Source: Longimicrobiales bacterium
Lineage (GTDB): Bacteria; Gemmatimonadota; Gemmatimonadetes; Longimicrobiales; Gaopeijiaceae
Assembly (NCBI GenBank): GCA_965218295.1
Contig: CBDCKN010000013.1
Location: 288,001 to 352,000, forward strand
Direction: 5' to 3'
DNA: 64,000 nt
Below the pieces are notes generated by a model. The model was given only the letters and a program-made list of their open reading frames with translations. It was not told the origin of the DNA and did no database searches. A program made the translations under genes and the position numbers. Below, in pieces: positions 62,495 through 64,000 of this stretch; positions within the stretch are counted from its first letter, which is position 1; each line of letters opens with the position of its first letter.

Positions 62495-64000
62495 ATGATG
62501 CGTCAGATGAGGGAGAACACGAAATGGATCATGCTTATCACAGCAATGGCCTTCGTGGGTCTCATGGTGTTCCAGTGGGGCATGGACATCACGGGGAGAA
62601 GTGGACTATCCGTCGGCGAGATCGGCAGCGTGAACGGCGTTCCCGTCAGCTATGAGGAGTACAACTCCACCTACAGCCGGCTCCTCGATCAGGTTCAGAA
62701 CTCCCAGGAGGATCCGGTCACAAGCCAGCAGATCAACGACATCGAGGACGCCGCCTGGGACGAAGCGGTCAATCAGGCCCTGATCCGTCAGGAACTGCGG
62801 AGACGCGGCATCGAGGTCACGGACGAGGAGATCCGCAACGCGGCACGTTTCAGCCCGCCCCCTGAGCTGCGCTTGAGCCCCGCGTTCCAAACCGACGGCG
62901 CATTCGACATCCAGAAGTACCACGACTTCCTCTCTTCGCCCACCATCGACGATCGGGTCCTGCTCCAGCTCGAGAACTACTACCGGGAGATCATTCCGCG
63001 GAATAAGCTGCTGAGGCAGGTATCCTCGGACGTCTACGTGAGCGACGCGGCCCTCTGGCAGGACTACAGGGACCGCAACGAGCGGATCTCGGTTCGCTAC
63101 ATCTCGCTGAACCCCGGCCAGCGGATCGCCGACTCTCTCGCAACCGTGGCGCCGGCTGAGGTGGAGGAGTACTACGACGAGAACCGCGACGAGTTCGCGA
63201 TCCCGGCCCAGGCTCCCGTGAAGGTGGTGGTCTTGGACAAGGCGCCGACGGCCGCCGACACAGCCGCGGCCGGGGAGACGGCGGCAGAGCTCCGACAGGA
63301 GATCCGGGACGGGGTCGACTTCGAGGAGATCCTGGCCAGGCCGCGAATCTCGACGGGATCGGGCGATCTCGGGTGGTTCACGGAGGATCGGATGGTTCCC
63401 GAGTTCTCCGCGGCGGCGTTCACGGCCGCCAAAGGGGACATCACTGAGCCGGTGAGAACGTCCTTCGGTTACCACATCATCGAGGTGCAGGACAAGGCCG
63501 CCGACAGCATCAAGGCCCGTCACATCCTCGTCCCCTTCGAGCGCACGGACGACTCGGAGCTCGAGCTTCTCACCCTGGCAGACTCGCTGGAAGGGCTGGG
63601 GGAGTCACGCACCTTCGAACAAGCCGTCGAGATTCTGGACCTCCAGATGGAGAACGCCACTTTGAGCCCGGACTTCGCCTTCGTGATCGGCGCCGGTCAG
63701 GTGGGCGAGGGCGCGGACTGGGCGTTCGAGGAGGCTCTGCCGGGAGACGTGAGCCCGGTATTCGAGACGAGACAGGCTTTCTACATGCTCGAGCTCATCG
63801 AAGTGCGCGAGGCGGGCTTCATCTCCCTGCAGGACGCTACGGCAGCCATCGAGCAGGAGGTCCGAACTCGCAAGAAGCTGGAGATGGCCAAGGCCGAAGG
63901 TGAAGAGGTGGTCGCAGAGATTCGGGAGGGAGCCTCCATGGACGATGTCGCAGAGCGTCGGGACCTGCAGATCCGTGACGCCGGCCCGTATGGCCGCTGG
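62495..64000 (+). CDS. PpiD/SurA-like parvulin peptidyl-prolyl isomerase, 3' end outside the window
   Basis: Not in the ORF track. Manual translation: MMRQMRENTKWIMLITAMAFVGLMVFQWGMD...IGSVNG...GDLGWF...MVPEFSAAAF...PVRTSFGYHII...ARHIL. Confidence 0.9.
   Translation, partial: MMRQMRENTKWIMLITAMAFVGLMVFQWGMDITGRSGLSVGEIGSVNGVPVSYEEYNSTYSRLLDQVQNSQEDPVTSQQINDIEDAAWDEAVNQALIRQELRRRGIEVTDEEIRNAARFSPPPELRLSPAFQTDGAFDIQKYHDFLSSPTIDDRVLLQLENYYREIIPRNKLLRQVSSDVYVSDAALWQDYRDRNERISVRYISLNPGQRIADSLATVAPAEVEEYYDENRDEFAIPAQAPVKVVVLDKAPTAADTAAAGETAAELRQEIRDGVDFEEILARPRISTGSGDLGWFTEDRMVPEFSAAAFTAAKGDITEPVRTSFGYHIIEVQDKAADSIKARHILVPFERTDDSELELLTLADSLEGLGESRTFEQAVEILDLQMENATLSPDFAFVIGAGQVGEGADWAFEEALPGDVSPVFETRQAFYMLELIEVREAGFISLQDATAAIEQEVRTRKKLEMAKAEGEEVVAEIREGASMDDVAERRDLQIRDAGPYGRW

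Overview
High-GC bacterial chromosomal window; gene content and synteny suggest Gemmatimonadota (inference, not verified). Bases ~1-3900 are a degraded accessory region at the 3' end of a tRNA-Met(CAT) gene. It holds gene fragments (hydratase, type IV pilin leader, replication-relaxation protein), an AT-richer DUF1330 gene and a complete IS481-family element (33-bp imperfect terminal IRs, 7-bp target duplication) that appears to sit inside the end of an IS630-like remnant. The rest is core genome, almost all on the minus strand: ftsB, eno, plsC, thiL, nnr, glyA, a rex-exonuclease-thiolase-hbd-acyl-CoA DH-Leu DH cluster with a perfect Rex operator, rsmA, an RsbU/W/V-like module, pta, coaD, rsmD, recJ, dnaG, mutS2, dnaJ, hrcA, hemW, dprA, obgE, asparaginase II, ctpA, tmk, ino1 with a CDP-alcohol phosphotransferase, prmC, prfA, rpmE, lnt, a DUF4105/Lnb-like gene, hemL, rimO, lolA, ftsK, comB, accC/accB, efp, aroQ, a repeat-rich TPR protein, and a partial PpiD/SurA gene on the plus strand. 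Eight frameshifts in seven housekeeping genes are most likely sequencing errors. Best leads: an Lnb-like acyltransferase gene overlapping canonical lnt, a candidate structured rpmE leader RNA, an inositol-lipid gene pair, a Rex-controlled acyl-CoA/amino-acid catabolic operon, and two families of small intergenic palindromic repeats. All family calls come from motif recognition by eye; no database searches were run.
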